Positions 14,958 through 29,632 are shown, numbered from the stretch's first letter. The stretch: 64,000 nt of DNA from Octopus sinensis (GCF_006345805.1 NC_043013.1:30690001-30754000), one strand, 5' to 3'. The notes: generated by a model not told the origin, from the letters alone. Numbers and translations are program-made.

Positions 14958-15700
14958 ACGAAAGCAGGAGATAGAAAAAGTACGCCATTTATCTACATAG
15001 TCTCTTTCCTTTTCAATGCACTTGGTACATTGGTCTATAAGATAGCATATGTCCTCCAAGAAGGTTTTAGATTGGTAGAGCAGCCATCTATACATCGCTA
15101 CTTCTACATATTCATCCGTAGGAAATCGATGACCTCTTCAACCATCTCTGAGTAATCCAAAGATATGGTAGTCGGAGGGGACAAGAACTGAACTGTAGGC
15201 AGGTGTTCCAGCACCTCAAAACCCAATTGGTTAATAGTTTCAACAGCTTGGGCGGCTTTATGTGGGCGTGCATTGTCAGGCGACAACAAAATTATTTTCG
15301 GCAATAGGCTTAACATTTTGGTGCGCATTGTTAGCTTCAGTTTATGACCAGCAATCAATTGTATTTTGTACTGTTAATCGTACAGCCTCTTTTCAGGTAC
15401 TTCCATGTACCTCAAGAAATTGTTACCATCACCTTACTCGTAGAAGACTGAGTCTTGAATTTTTGTTCTTCGTGAGTCAGGATGTTTCCACTTCCTTCTC
15501 TGTCCTTTGGATTCTGCCACATAATGATAGACCCATATTTCATCACCTGCTCATCATTCTGCTCAAACATTCTTCGCCCTCATTTCTAATAGGCGAGAAT
15601 TTGTGAGAAGGCCCTCAGAAATACGAAAGAATCTACGTTACGCGACGAAAAAGTGAGGGTTGTGGGTAAGAGTCTGACGCTTTGGGCATGCATAAAAAGA
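14958..15700 (-). mobile_element. mariner (DD34D) transposase remnant, C-terminal catalytic half
   Basis: GDEIWVYHY, KFKTQSSTSKVMVTI, DNARPHKA, DYHIFG, CTKCIEKERDYVDK* across frameshifts. Confidence 0.85.
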
Positions 15701-15759
15701 GATAGCTTAACAAAGTTGGTTAAAATTGACAGTAATTTGAATAGTGAAAATACATGAAG

Positions 15760-16138
15760 AAGGAAGGACAATTGATATTTAATGAAGATGAAATATTTCA
15801 GCATGACGGAGCTCCATACCGCAGAGCCTGGCTGATGAAGTTGTTACCATTTGAAAAATTGTCTAGCTCAGAGTCCTGATATAGGTATCGTCGAGCAGAT
15901 GTGGACAGAAATAAAGAGAAGGGTTCGTCAGAAGAATCCACACAAGCTTGAAGATTTGTGGGAGCTCAGCCACAAAGAATGGAATCTCGTACCTGTGATT
16001 TGTACATATGTCTTTCCAGGCGCACTGAAACCACAGGAATTTTTTACAATGTACATTTATTTCTTGAAAGAATAATTTGGGAATCAGTACAAAGTTACAA
16101 TAGGTTAAAGTGGCCAAAGACTTTTGCACAGTACGGTA
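15760..16138 (+). mobile_element. Tc1-like transposase 3' end with terminal inverted repeat
   Basis: IFQHDGAP, AQSPDIGIVEQMWTEIKRRVRQKNPHKLEDLWE. Ends in ACTTTTGCACAGTACGGTA, which resembles Tc1-type CAGTACTGTGCAAAAGT TIRs plus TA. Confidence 0.8.
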
Positions 16139-16422
16139 TATGCGTGTATGTGTGTATATGTATGTGTGTATATATGTGTGTGTGTTTGTGTGTGTGACTC
16201 CCCCACCATCGCTTGACATATGATGTTGGTATGTTTACGTCCCCGTAACTTAAGGGTTCGGTATGAGGAACCGATAGAATATTTACTGGGCTTTCAATGA
16301 ATAAGCCCTGGGGTCGATTACTTTGACGAATCCCTTTCAGGCGTTGTTCCATCATTGCCGCAGTCAAATGCCTGAAAGATGTTAAAGAATATAAAAAATA
16401 TATATGTGCGTCTGAGTGTATT

Positions 16423-16453
<31 letters not shown>

Positions 16454-17679
16454 AACATTTGCATACATAAAGACAAAGAAACATTCATGCGTTTCATTTA
16501 AAATTTCTGAATTCTACCTATTTATTATGTTTAAATTTAACATAAAAGCTTTCCTCAAATTTAAACTGGTGAACGACTTGTTGGCGAAACAAGATTTTTA
16601 TTTCACCTGTAGGCGTAGAGCCTTGAAATATTTGTACATTTTCCCAACAACATACCTCACATTATATTGATAAATCATTAAATGCTGGTGCACAATCCAG
16701 CATGCCATATGCTTTCCTGTATTTCAGAAATCTAAAATATATAATGATTGCTCTGTAACTTCCATTAAGACAAAAATTATATATATATGAGCATGACATG
16801 CACATGTGGCACCGTAGAATTATCAGATACCAAAACTTATAGTGAAATTAATGTCTGCTGATTAGATGACACAAACGCCGTTTATGTCCTAACTAGGTGT
16901 GAATGTTTCCATTTAAATGCAATGCATTGACAAGCTTAATTCGTCTGCCCTAAGAGGTAGCGCTTCCCCCTGGATACGACATACAGTGACCAATGTCAAA
17001 TATTTAGTAAAAAAAACGTATTTTTTTATTTTTGTTTTCTACATCACACCGCTTAAATAAACACACCAATTTGAAAAGCCCTGCATCAATAGAACATAAA
17101 ATAAATATCCATACTCCACCGGAAATCCCCTGTACAATATTCGCATTAAGAAATATAACAAAGTAATGAGATTGTCAACAAAAAAAATATGAATAAAAAT
17201 TAGTAATACATAAAATAAAAGCATGATAATATAATTACAATGTTACTTCGAAAAGCGCTCTTTTCATAATGAGAGCGTAACATGCTTATTAAATGAGTGG
17301 AGTTCGAACGAAATAATACGAGTATGCAGCGAGGATTTCGTTACGGCCAGCTACATCTAAAAAAGGGGGAAGAAAAGATGGTTTTAAGCAATCTCATGTG
17401 ATGTTGGCTGTTATATGAATATAAAGGCAAAGAAGAAAACAAGAAATAAATCAAACATTTACACATACGAATACACGTACGGTGATATAAACTCTCAAGC
17501 ACTCAAACGCCTGCACGCACGCACACATGTGAGCATATATTTACGAATACATATATATATGCATGTATATATATAAATATATATATAAGAATATATATAT
17601 ATATACATACACTTATATATTATATATGTATATGTATATTTATATACATATATATATATATATAGGTATATATATATAT

Positions 17680-17711
<32 letters not shown>

Positions 17712-19300
17712 ATATATATATAATATATATATATATATTATATTGAGGGTACTACTATTCGTAGATACCACACGCTAAGAGGGACCAATGCGGTCAAAAA
17801 CTACTAAAATAAACAAAATTTTACCGAATGCAAAACTTCAAAGCAAATCATTTCAAAAAATAATTTAGTTACATATCACCTGTGATTTCGCAAATAATGC
17901 AGAATATGCATTCTATGTTCATCAGTGCAACAAACTCAAGATATACAAGAAAAACATAACGTTACAAGCTCGATAGCCAACCGTAGAATTCGTCGTAGCA
18001 TGTACGAATGTTTATCTTTACATATCTATGAAAATGGCAGGCTTATTCGCAATGCATTTCGATGACAAATTGCTTACTCGGAATTGAACTATTAATTATA
18101 TACATGTATATATAATATAATGCATGTATGTATAGAAAGGGATAAGCATATTAGACAGATCAATATATGAAATACATGAAATTCAAGAAATGTATTTATA
18201 CATACATATGTATGTATGTATCTATCTATGTATGTATATATTTATGTCTATACGTGAAGATTACTATTTGTCAGATAAACGTTTTCTTAATCAATGTTAG
18301 CATTGCTACCAATTATTAATGTGCATTAAGTTTGTATGTTTCCTGGCGGTAATTAACTGCTATACCGTATTTATTTGACTCATTGCTGCATTAAAAAAAA
18401 GTAATATTGATATATTATAAAATATTCAATGTAATCATAAGCATATAATTACGATCGTGGATTGTTTCAAGAAGTTTCTCTCCAGCGAGGTGATACAGAT
18501 ACTTGGAAAGTGTTGTTTAACAATATCTTTATCTTTCGTTTTGGGATTGGTTTGCAAGATTCTTTATATGGGTTCGTGTGTTGAAGCATATTCTGTTGTG
18601 TCTGGGGAGAGTCATTCTCTTTTAGTGCCTTATTATTTAACACACACACCGGTAAAAGTTCCACTTATTTCTTATTTTTATTTTCTAAAATTTTCGTTGT
18701 GTCTTGCAACCTTTTCGATAGTCTTGACTCTGTTTTTAATAACTTTAGGAAGGAAAATATGATGCAATTTAATAGCATCTTATTCGGTAAATTATACTGA
18801 GTGTAACATGGGAATGAATTGGAAACATTGGGAAAGCAATGACAGAATGATATTCACACCTCACTTACTTATGCATCGGATGATCGAGAGCAAGTAAGAG
18901 TACATGAACTATAACAGAATTATTATATGGAATCAGGACACGCAAATTATATATAATAGCACATTAGATGTACTTACGTAGTGTACAATGTATACATTTT
19001 CGGGTCCAGGCGAAAACAACGTAACTAGATTATTTAAACGGCTCAGAGATATTTCAGGAATGGTGCATGATTACACATAATCGCTCACATTTTTTCTTTT
19101 ATCTTCTACTTATTTCAGTCAGTGGCTGAGTCCATGCTGTTGTATAGCCATTGTCTCTCCTGGAAAACAGAGGGAGATTGCGTAAATTAAATCAAACATA
19201 GATTCTAATTTGAAACTAGAGACTACAACCGTGGGAAGCAACACGTTGGAAATATATATATCTATATCTATATCTATCTAACTATCTATCTATCTATCTA

Positions 19301-19360
<60 letters not shown>

Positions 19361-19507
19361 TCTCCGTTTATATTATTTTATTTTTTCTAGTCTAACAATA
19401 TAATGTAGTATGGAATAATACCTAAGAAAAGCAAGACCATATATGAGTATACATAAATATATATATATATATACACACATAAATATCTATGTATATATAT
19501 ACATACA

Positions 19508-20088
19508 GCTATGGTCACCCACCAGTGTAAAATTAACAGCAGACCTTGAAGCAATCCAGAGAAGATTCACAAAGAAGATCGTCTCTTTGCAACAGCTCAG
19601 CTACTGGGAAGGGTTGAAACAGCTAAGACTCTACTCCCTGGAGAGAAGACGGGAGAGGTATGCAGTAATATACGTCTGAAAGATCCTGCAAGGAATTGTG
19701 CCAAATTTTGGCATTGTAAGCTACACCAATGCTAGAACGGGACGACACTGCATAGTGCCAAAGATCCCAGCAATGCCATCACGCTTCAGGATCAGCTTCT
19801 GCAACAGCCTGGGTTTGAAGGGCCCACAGCTTTTTAATATTCTCCCAAAGAGTCTGAGGAACGTGCACAAAGTAGATGTAGGGGTTTTTAAATCAAAGCT
19901 GGACATCTTCCTGTCAAGAGTCCCAAATGAACCTACCTCACGGCAAGAGGTGCAAATGAAGTAGCTGTATCAAACTCTATTCTTCACCAAGTGCCACATA
20001 TTAGACGAGGTTCGTCGCAATAACAGTGTAGCACAAAATGGCGGTGCATCAGCATGGCCGCAGCTCTGAGCTGAAACTAGAAAAAAAA
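19508..20088 (+). mobile_element. duplicated CR1/L2 3' fragment (copy 2)
   Basis: Near-identical to 13790-14362. Confidence 0.9.
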
Positions 20089-20110
20089 TATATATATCAT
20101 ATATATATGA

Positions 20111-20192
<82 letters not shown>

Positions 20193-20235
20193 TATGTATA
20201 TATACATACATGTATATATATATATATATTATATG

Positions 20236-20308
<73 letters not shown>

Positions 20309-20509
20309 GTATATATGTATATAAATGCATACATACGTGTTATATATATATATATATTATATATTATTATATGTAGAAAAATACAAACTGGGACAAGAAC
20401 GTAAAACATTTAGAAGACGATAAAAAAAACACGGACGGGACATTCGAAGCCTTCAATCTTCAGTCAAGAAGATTGTGTACATACTCACGCGCACACATAC
20501 ATATACATA

Positions 20510-22130
20510 GGTGTGGCTGTGTGGTGTGTGGTAAGATACTTGCTTCCGAAACACATGGTTCTGTGTTCAATCGAATTGCCTGCTACTATGGTTAAGTGTC
20601 TTCTACTATGGCCGAGGGCCTACTAATTTCTTGTGAGTGAATTTGGTAGACGGAAACGGAAGAAGCCCGTCGTGTATATCCATATATACAAACGGAAGCA
20701 GGAGATAGAAAAAGTACGCCATTTATCTACATAGTCTCCTTCCTTTTCAATGCACTTGGTACATCGGTCTATAAGATAGCATATGTCCTCCAAGAAGGTT
20801 TTAGATTGGTAGAGCAGCCATCTATGCATCGCTACTTCTACATATTCATCCGTAGGAAATCGATGACCTCTTCAACCATCTCTGAGTAATCCAAAGATAT
20901 GGTAGTCGGAGGGGACAAGAACTGAACTGTAGGCAGGTGTTCCAGCACCTCAAAACCCAATTGGTTAATAGTTTCAACAGCTTGGGCGGCTTTATGTGGG
21001 CGTGCATTGTCAGGCGACAACAAAATTATTTTCGGCAATAGGCTTAACATTTTGGTGCGCATTGTTAGCTTCAGTTTATTGACCAGCAATCAATTGTATT
21101 TTGTACTGTTAATCGTACAGCCTCTTTTCAGGTACTTCCATGTACCTCAAGAAATTGTTATCATCACCTTACTCGTAGAAGACTGAGTCTTGAATTTTTG
21201 TTCTTCGTGAGTCAGGATGTTTCCACTTCCTTCTCTGTCCTTTGGATTCTGCCACATAATGATAGACCCATATTTCATCACCTGCTCATCATTCTGCTCA
21301 AACATTCTTCGCCCTCATTTCTAATAGGCGAGAATTTGTGAGAAGGCCCTCAGAAATACGAAAGAATCTACGTTACGCGACGAAAAAAGTGAGGTTTGTG
21401 GGTAAGAGTCTGACGCTTTGGGCATGCATAAAAAGAGATAGCTTAACAAAGTTGGTTAAAATTGACAGTAATTTGAATAGTGACAAATACATGAAGGAAG
21501 GACAATTTGATATTTAATGAAGATGAAATATTTCAGCATGACGGAGCTCCATACCGCAGAGCCTGGCTGATGAAGTTGTTACCATTTTGAAAAATTGTCT
21601 AGCTCAGAGTCCTGATATAGGTATCGTCGAGCAGATGTGGACAGAAATAAAGAGAAGGGTTCGTCAGAAGAATCCACACAAGCTTGAAGATTTGTGGGAG
21701 CTCAGCCACAAAGAATGGAATCTCGTACCTGTGATTTGTACATATGTCTTTCCAGGCGCACTGAAACCACAGCAATTTTTTACAATGTACATTTATTTCT
21801 TGAAAGAATAATTTGGGAATCAGTACAAAGTTACAATAGGTTAAAGTGGCCAAAGACTTTTGCACAGTACGGTATATGCGTGTATGTGTGTATATGTATG
21901 TGTGTATATGTGTGTGTGTGTTTGTGTGTGTGACTCCCCCACCATCGCTTGACATATGATGTTGGTATGTTTACGTCCCCGTAACTTAAGGGTTCGGTAT
22001 GAGGAACCGATAGAATATTTACTGGGCTTTCAATGAATAAGCCCTGGGGTCGATTACTTTGACGAATCCCTTTCAGGCGTTGTTCCATCATTGCCGCAGT
22101 CAAATGCCTGAAAGATGTTAAAGAATAAAA
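20510..22130. mobile_element. duplicated SINE/mariner/Tc1 nest (copy 2)
   Basis: Near-identical to 14776-16392. Confidence 0.9.
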
Positions 22131-23328
22131 AAATATATATGTGCGTCTGAGTGTATTTATATATATATATATATATATAAACATTTGCATACATAAAGAC
22201 AAAGAAACATTCATTGCGTTTCATTTAAAATTTCTGAATTCTACCTATTTATTATGTTTAAATTTTAACATAAAAGCTTTCCTCAAATTTAACTGGTGAA
22301 CGACTTGTTGGCGAAACAAGATTTTTATTTCACCTGTAGGCGTAGAGCCTTGAAATATTTGTACATTTTCCCAACAACATACCTCACATTATATTGATAA
22401 ATCATTAAATGCTGGTGCACAATCCAGCATGCCCTATGCTTTTCTGTATTTCAGAAATCTAAAATATATAATGATTGCTCTGTAACTTCCATTAAGACAA
22501 AAATTATATATATATGAGCATGACACGCACATGTGGCACCGTAGAATTATCAGATACCAAAACTTATAGTGAAATTACAAACGCCGTTTATGTCCTAACT
22601 AGGTGTGAATGTTTCCATTTAAATGCAATGCATTGACAAGCTTAATTCGTCTGCCCTAAGAGGTAGCGCTTCCCCCTGGATACGACATACAGTGACCAAT
22701 GTCAAATATTTAGTAAAAAAAACGTATTTTTTTATTTTTGTTTTCTACATCACACCGCTTAAATAAACACACCAATTTGAAAAGCCCTGCATCAATAGAA
22801 CATAAAATAAATATCCATACTCCACCGGAAATCCCCTGTACAATATTCGCATTAAGAAATATAACAAAGTAATGAGATTGTCAACAAGAAAATATGAATA
22901 AAAATTAGTAATACATAAAATAAAAGCATGTTACTTCGAAAAGCGCTCTTTTCATAATGAGAGCGTAACATGCTTATTAAATGAGTGGAGTTCGAACGAA
23001 ATAATACGAGTATGCAGCGAGGATTTCGTTACGGCCAGCTACATCTAAAAAAGGGGGAAGAAAAGATGGTTTTAAGCAATCTCATGTGATGTTGGCTGTT
23101 ATATGAATATAAAGGCAAAGAAGAAAACAAGAAATAAATCAAACATTTACACATACGAATACACGTACGGTGATATAAACTCTCAAGCACTCAAACGCCT
23201 GCACGCACGCACACATGTGAGCATATATTTACGAATACATATATATATGCATGTATATATATAATATATATATAAGAATATATATATATATACATACACA
23301 TATATATATATATATGTATATGTATATT

Positions 23329-23370
<42 letters not shown>

Positions 23371-23371
23371 G

Positions 23372-23420
<49 letters not shown>

Positions 23421-23474
23421 TATATATGTATATATATATATGTATATATGTATATAAATGCATACATACGTGTT

Positions 23475-23506
<32 letters not shown>

Positions 23507-26463
23507 GTAGAAAAATACAAACTGGGACAAGAACGTAAAACATTTAGAAGACGATAAAAAAAACACGGACGGGACATTCGAAGCCTTCAATCTTCAGTCA
23601 AGAAGATTGTGTACATACTCACGCGCACACATACATATATACATAGGTGTGGCTGTGTGGTGTGTGGTAAGATACTTGCTTCCGAAACACATGGTTCTGT
23701 GTTCAATCGAATTGCCTGCTACTATGGTTAAGTGTCTTCTACTATGGCCGAGGGCCTACTAATTTCTTGTGAGTGAATTTGGTAGACGGAAACGGAAGAA
23801 GCCCGTCGTGTATATCCATATATACAAACGGAAGCAGGAGATAGAAAAAGTACGCCATTTATCTACATAGTCTCCTTCCTTTTCAATGCACTTGGTACAT
23901 CGGTCTATAAGATAGCATATGTCCTCCAAGAAGGTTTTAGATTGGTAGAGCAGCCATCTATGCATCGCTACTTCTACATATTCATCCGTAGGAAATCGAT
24001 GACCTCTTCAACCATCTCTGAGTAATCCAAAGATATGGTAGTCGGAGGGGACAAGAACTGAACTGTAGGCAGGTGTTCCAGCACCTCAAAACCCAATTGG
24101 TTAATAGTTTCAACAGCTTGGGCGGCTTTATGTGGGCGTGCATTGTCAGGCGACAACAAAATTATTTTCGGCAATAGGCTTAACATTTTGGTGCGCATTG
24201 TTAGCTTCAGTTTATTGACCAGCAATCAATTGTATTTTGTACTGTTAATCGTACAGCCTCTTTTCAGGTACTTCCATGTACCTCAAGAAATTGTTATCAT
24301 CACCTTACTCGTAGAAGACTGAGTCTTGAATTTTTGTTCTTCGTGAGTCAGGATGTTTCCACTTCCTTCTCTGTCCTTTGGATTCTGCCACATAATGATA
24401 GACCCATATTTCATCACCTGCTCATCATTCTGCTCAAACATTCTTCGCCCTCATTTCTAATAGGCGAGAATTTGTGAGAAGGCCCTCAGAAATACGAAAG
24501 AATCTACGTTACGCGACGAAAAAAGTGAGGTTTGTGGGTAAGAGTCTGACGCTTTGGGCATGCATAAAAAGAGATAGCTTAACAAAGTTGGTTAAAATTG
24601 ACAGTAATTTGAATAGTGACAAATACATGAAGGAAGGACAATTTGATATTTAATGAAGATGAAATATTTCAGCATGACGGAGCTCCATACCGCAGAGCCT
24701 GGCTGATGAAGTTGTTACCATTTTGAAAAATTGTCTAGCTCAGAGTCCTGATATAGGTATCGTCGAGCAGATGTGGACAGAAATAAAGAGAAGGGTTCGT
24801 CAGAAGAATCCACACAAGCTTGAAGATTTGTGGGAGCTCAGCCACAAAGAATGGAATCTCGTACCTGTGATTTGTACATATGTCTTTCCAGGCGCACTGA
24901 AACCACAGGAATTTTTTACAATGTACATTTATTTCTTGAAAGAATAATTTGGGAATCAGTACAAAGTTACAATAGGTTAAAGTGGCCAAAGACTTTTGCA
25001 CAGTACGGTATATGCGTGTATGTGTGTATATGTATGTGGTATATGTGTGTGTGTGTTTGTGTGTGTGACTCCCCCACCATCGCTTGACATATGATGTTGG
25101 TATGTTTACGTCCCCGTAACTTAGGGTTCGGTATGAGGAACCGATAGAATATTTACTGGGCTTTCAATGAATAAGCCCTGGGGTCGATTACTTTGACGAA
25201 TCCCTTCAGGCGTTGTTCCATCATTGCCGCAGTCAAATGCCTGAAAGATGTTAAAGAATAAAAAAATATATATGTGCGTCTGAGTGTATTTATATATATA
25301 ATATATATATAAACATTTGCATACATAAAGACAAAGAAACATTCATTGCGTTTCATTTAAAATTTCTGAATTCTACCTATTTATTATGTTTAAATTTTAA
25401 CATAAAAGCTTTCCTCAAATTTAACTGGTGAACGACTTGTTGGCGAAACAAGATTTTTATTTCACCTGTAGGCGTAGAGCCTTGAAATATTTGTACATTT
25501 TCCCAACAACATACCTCACATTATATTGATAAATCATTAAATGCTGGTGCACAATCCAGCATGCCCTATGCTTTTCTGTATTTCAGAAATCTAAAATATA
25601 TAATGATTGCTCTGTAACTTCCATTAAGACAAAAATTATATATATATGAGCATGACACGCACATGTGGCACCGTAGAATTATCAGATACCAAAACTTATA
25701 GTGAAATTACAAACGCCGTTTATGTCCTAACTAGGTGTGAATGTTTCCATTTAAATGCAATGCATTGACAAGCTTAATTCGTCTGCCCTAAGAGGTAGCG
25801 CTTCCCCCTGGATACGACATACAGTGACCAATGTCAAATATTAGTAAAAAAACGTATTTTTTATTTTTGTTTTCTACATCACACCGCTTAAATAAACACA
25901 CCAATTTGAAAAGCCCTGCATCAATAGAACATAAAATAAATATCCATACTCCACCGGAAATCCCCTGTACAATATTCGCATTAAGAAATATAACAAGTAA
26001 TGAGATTGTCAACAAGAAAATATGAATAAAAATTAGTAATACATAAAATAAAAGCATGTTACTTCGAAAAGCGCTCTTTTCATAATGAGAGCGTAACATG
26101 CTTATTAAATGAGTGGAGTTCGAACGAAATAATACGAGTATGCAGCGAGGATTTCGTTACGGCCAGCTACATCTAAAAAAGGGGGAAGAAAAGATGGTTT
26201 TAAGCAATCTCATGTGATGTTGGCTGTTATATGAATATAAAGGCAAAGAAGAAAACAAGAAATAAATCAAACATTTACACATACGAATACACGTACGGTG
26301 ATATAAACTCTCAAGCACTCAAACGCCTGCACGCACGCACACATGTGAGCATATATTTACGAATACATATATATATGCATGTATATATATAATATATATA
26401 TAAGAATATATATATATATACATACACATATATATATATATATGTATATGTATATTTATATAC

Positions 26464-26495
<32 letters not shown>

Positions 26496-26517
26496 TATAT
26501 ATATTATTATATATATA

Positions 26518-26565
<48 letters not shown>

Positions 26566-27558
26566 TGAGGGTACTACTATTCGTAGATACCACACGCTAA
26601 GAGGGACCAATGCGGTCAAAACTACTAAAATAAACAAAATTTTACCGAATGCAAAACTTCAAAGCAAATCATTTAAAAAATAATTTAGTTACATATCACC
26701 TGTGATTTCGCAATTAATGCAGAATATGCATTCCATGTTCATCAGTGCAACAAACTCAAGATATATAAGAAAAAACATAACGTTACAAGCTCGATAGCCA
26801 ACCGTAGAATTCGTCGTAGCATGTACGAATGTTTATCTTTACATATCTATGAAAATGGCGGGCTTATTCGCAATGCATTTCGATGACAAATTGCTTACTC
26901 GGAATTGAACTATTATATATATATACATGTATATATAATATAATGCATGTATGTATAGAAAGGGATAAGCATATTAGACAGATCAATATATGAAATACAT
27001 GAAATTCAAGAAATGTATTTATACATACATATGTATGTATGTATCTATCTATGTATGTATATATTTATGTCTATACGTGAAGATTACTATTTGTCAGATA
27101 AACGTTTTCTTAATCAATGTTAGCATTGCTACCAATTATTTAATGTGCATTAAGTTTGTATGTTTCCTGGCGGTAATTAACTGCTATACCGTATTTATTT
27201 GACTCATTGCTGCATTAAAAAAAAGTAATATTGATATATTATAAAATATTCAATGTAATCATAAGCATATAATTACGATCGTGGATTGTTTCAAGAAGTT
27301 TCTCTCCAGCGAGGTGATACAGATACTTGGAAAGTGTTGTTTAACAATATCTTTATCTTTCGTTTTGGGATTTGGTTTGCAAGATTCTTTATATGGGTTC
27401 GTGTGTTGAAGCATATTCTGTTGTGTCTGGGGAGAGTCATTCTCTTTTAGTGCCTTATTATTTAACACACACACCGGTAAAAGTTTCACTTATTTCTTAT
27501 TTTTATTTTCTAAAATTTTCGTTGTGTCTTGCAACCTTTTCGATAGTCTTGACTCTGT
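23507..27558 (+). repeat. segmental duplication copy 3 (starts after a TA array; runs to the true 3' end of the unit)
   Basis: GTAGAAAAATACAAACTGG occurs at 20373 and 23507 (period 3134 bp). The copy ends at GACTCTGT (27558), after which unique sequence resumes. Confidence 0.95.
23645..25262. mobile_element. duplicated SINE/mariner/Tc1 nest (copy 3)
   Basis: Near-identical to the copy 2 nest. Confidence 0.9.
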
Positions 27559-29436
27559 CCGTTATTTACACTGCGTTCCCTTTTGTTTGTTTGTGCGCAT
27601 GTGTGTGAATCAGTGTGTGTGTGTATGTGCGCCTTGTAACAGTTATTTTAATCTCGAGTTAGAGCTTGCGTGGTTCAAATTAATCAACCTGTGAGGGAAT
27701 TCCGCTAAGCATTTGTTTAACTGTATGTGTGTGTGCATTTATTATATTTGCCTATGCATAATTCATGAATTTGTTACTTGGTTTTATACAGCTTTTCTGA
27801 TGTTTGAGGTATTTTGGAGCTTCGCAGTAAAGTTTGATCTCAACTGTTTCCTTGATTTCTTTATATTTTCTTTAAAAGTTGCTTAAGGAGCTACGTTTAT
27901 TAACAACACTGAGCAATGTAAATTGATCCGGTCTCTATGTATGCTTTGAGGAACTGAAGATGAGTAGGGAAGCTTTACTTTCTCTAGAATTCTTAGTTTA
28001 TGTATGTAGGTTTATGTACTTTCTCGTAAAATAGGTCTCTGTTTATTATCAAGTGCTGATTATTTATTGTTTAATAATTGCTTCTTACTTCTGCTACTTT
28101 ACCTTCACAATGCAACTAACTTCCACTTGTTTGACTTCTCTTTCCTGTGTTGACGTGTGTCTGTCTTGTTGGATCGATTTCTTCCGGAAATGCGTAGTCA
28201 ATATGTCTTTCTGTCGGTTTTTACTATATTTTCGTGTAGCTTTATATTTTTATATATGAGAATCAGGTTTAGTGTAAACATAGTGTCCTCAATACGTGAC
28301 TGTCTTACGGATTCATCGTATTCGTTGAGATATTCTATTACGCGTAACTTACTTGCAAAATTGGTTGGGAATACAAAGTTTCCAAATACATTTTCAAACT
28401 TTCTGCACCATTAGATTTACCTTTGGTTAAAGTGATATTTGATGTAGTCTGCCTTCTGCCAGTGCATTGCAATCGTGTTTAGTTTAGACAATGTCACCGA
28501 AATTTAAACCTCTCACGGGTTACGTTTATTTTTGTGAACGTGTAGTGTTGTTTATTTGTGGAAATATTTCAGAATTGTACGATTTTGTGAGTGCTGCTTT
28601 CATTATTAATCATCTATTTCTGTGAGAAATTCTGCATAGTACATGATTTGTAATACAATAATGCTTTCCTAATCCGTTTTAGTTTGTTTCATAAGGTGTA
28701 GTCTATTGCAATTGATCTACGTTGTAATTGCAAGCGGTGTTGTATTTGTACATAAGTGAATAAATTATTTATATATTTTCCAAATGTTGTGGATTTTCGC
28801 TATCCATAGACACAAAACTAGTTAGCTACGAATGGTTCAAATCAGCGATTAAAACTACATTAAGCACAGTTATGATAAATAAAAAAAATGTTGAAATTAT
28901 ATATACTATCATACGTTGTATACTGCCACGTCGACAATACATTCTCAACAAACACGCAAGAAGACAGAGCAGTTAAACAAAGATTAAGGAAACAAATACG
29001 TGCTGAACGAGTTGAAATAAAACATATAGCAACAGATGACTCACATTCTAGACGTAGCATGTCCAGCTGAAAATATCAAATGAATCATGTCTACACATAG
29101 GTACATTTAGATTATGCTCCACAAAAATGCCACAACATAATGATGTCATCACGATGAAGCACACTCAATAAGAAAACGATGTCTCAGAAACTACTGGAAA
29201 AATATAGAAACATACACTTCACTCTAAATATATTCAAGCGTGGGAGTAAGAGAAAATATATTTATATAGCATCGAATTTGTATCATAGGAAACAAAACAT
29301 AATAATAAAAGCAATACACGCGTTTTCATATACAGTAAAAAAAAAACACACATGAACATAAGAAACACATGAACATATTGTCCATAAAATGTGATCCCAC
29401 GGAATATTAAGTGTTAACTTTAACAGAATTGAAACA

Positions 29437-29597
29437 GGCGCAGGAGTGGCTGTGTGGTAAGTAGCTTGCTAACCAGCCACATGGTTCCGGGTTCAATCCC
29501 ACTGCGTGACATCTTGGGCAAGTGTCTTCTGCTATAGCCCCGGGCCGACCAATGCCTTGTGAGTGGATTTGGTAGACGGAAACTGAAAGAAGCATGT

Positions 29598-29632
<35 letters not shown>

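Larger units (their letters stand above)
14776..16392 (+). mobile_element. CORE-like SINE split at its internal microsatellite (head 14776-14955, tail 16140-16392)
   Basis: Head and tail both align with the intact SINE at 29437-29852. Confidence 0.8.
11606..18733 (+). repeat. segmental tandem duplication, copy 1
   Basis: Nearly identical sequence recurs at 18732-23340 and 23507-27558. Confidence 0.95.
18732..23340 (+). repeat. segmental duplication copy 2 (lacks 11743-13171 of copy 1; ends in a TA array)
   Basis: Junctions are readable at 18732-18733 and 18866-18868. Confidence 0.95.

Noticed and set aside
15823-15875. CTGATGA...GAAA hammerhead-like string (also in copies 2 and 3)
   Set aside because: It lies within Tc1 coding sequence; stem III mismatches and stem I is not adjacent to the core.
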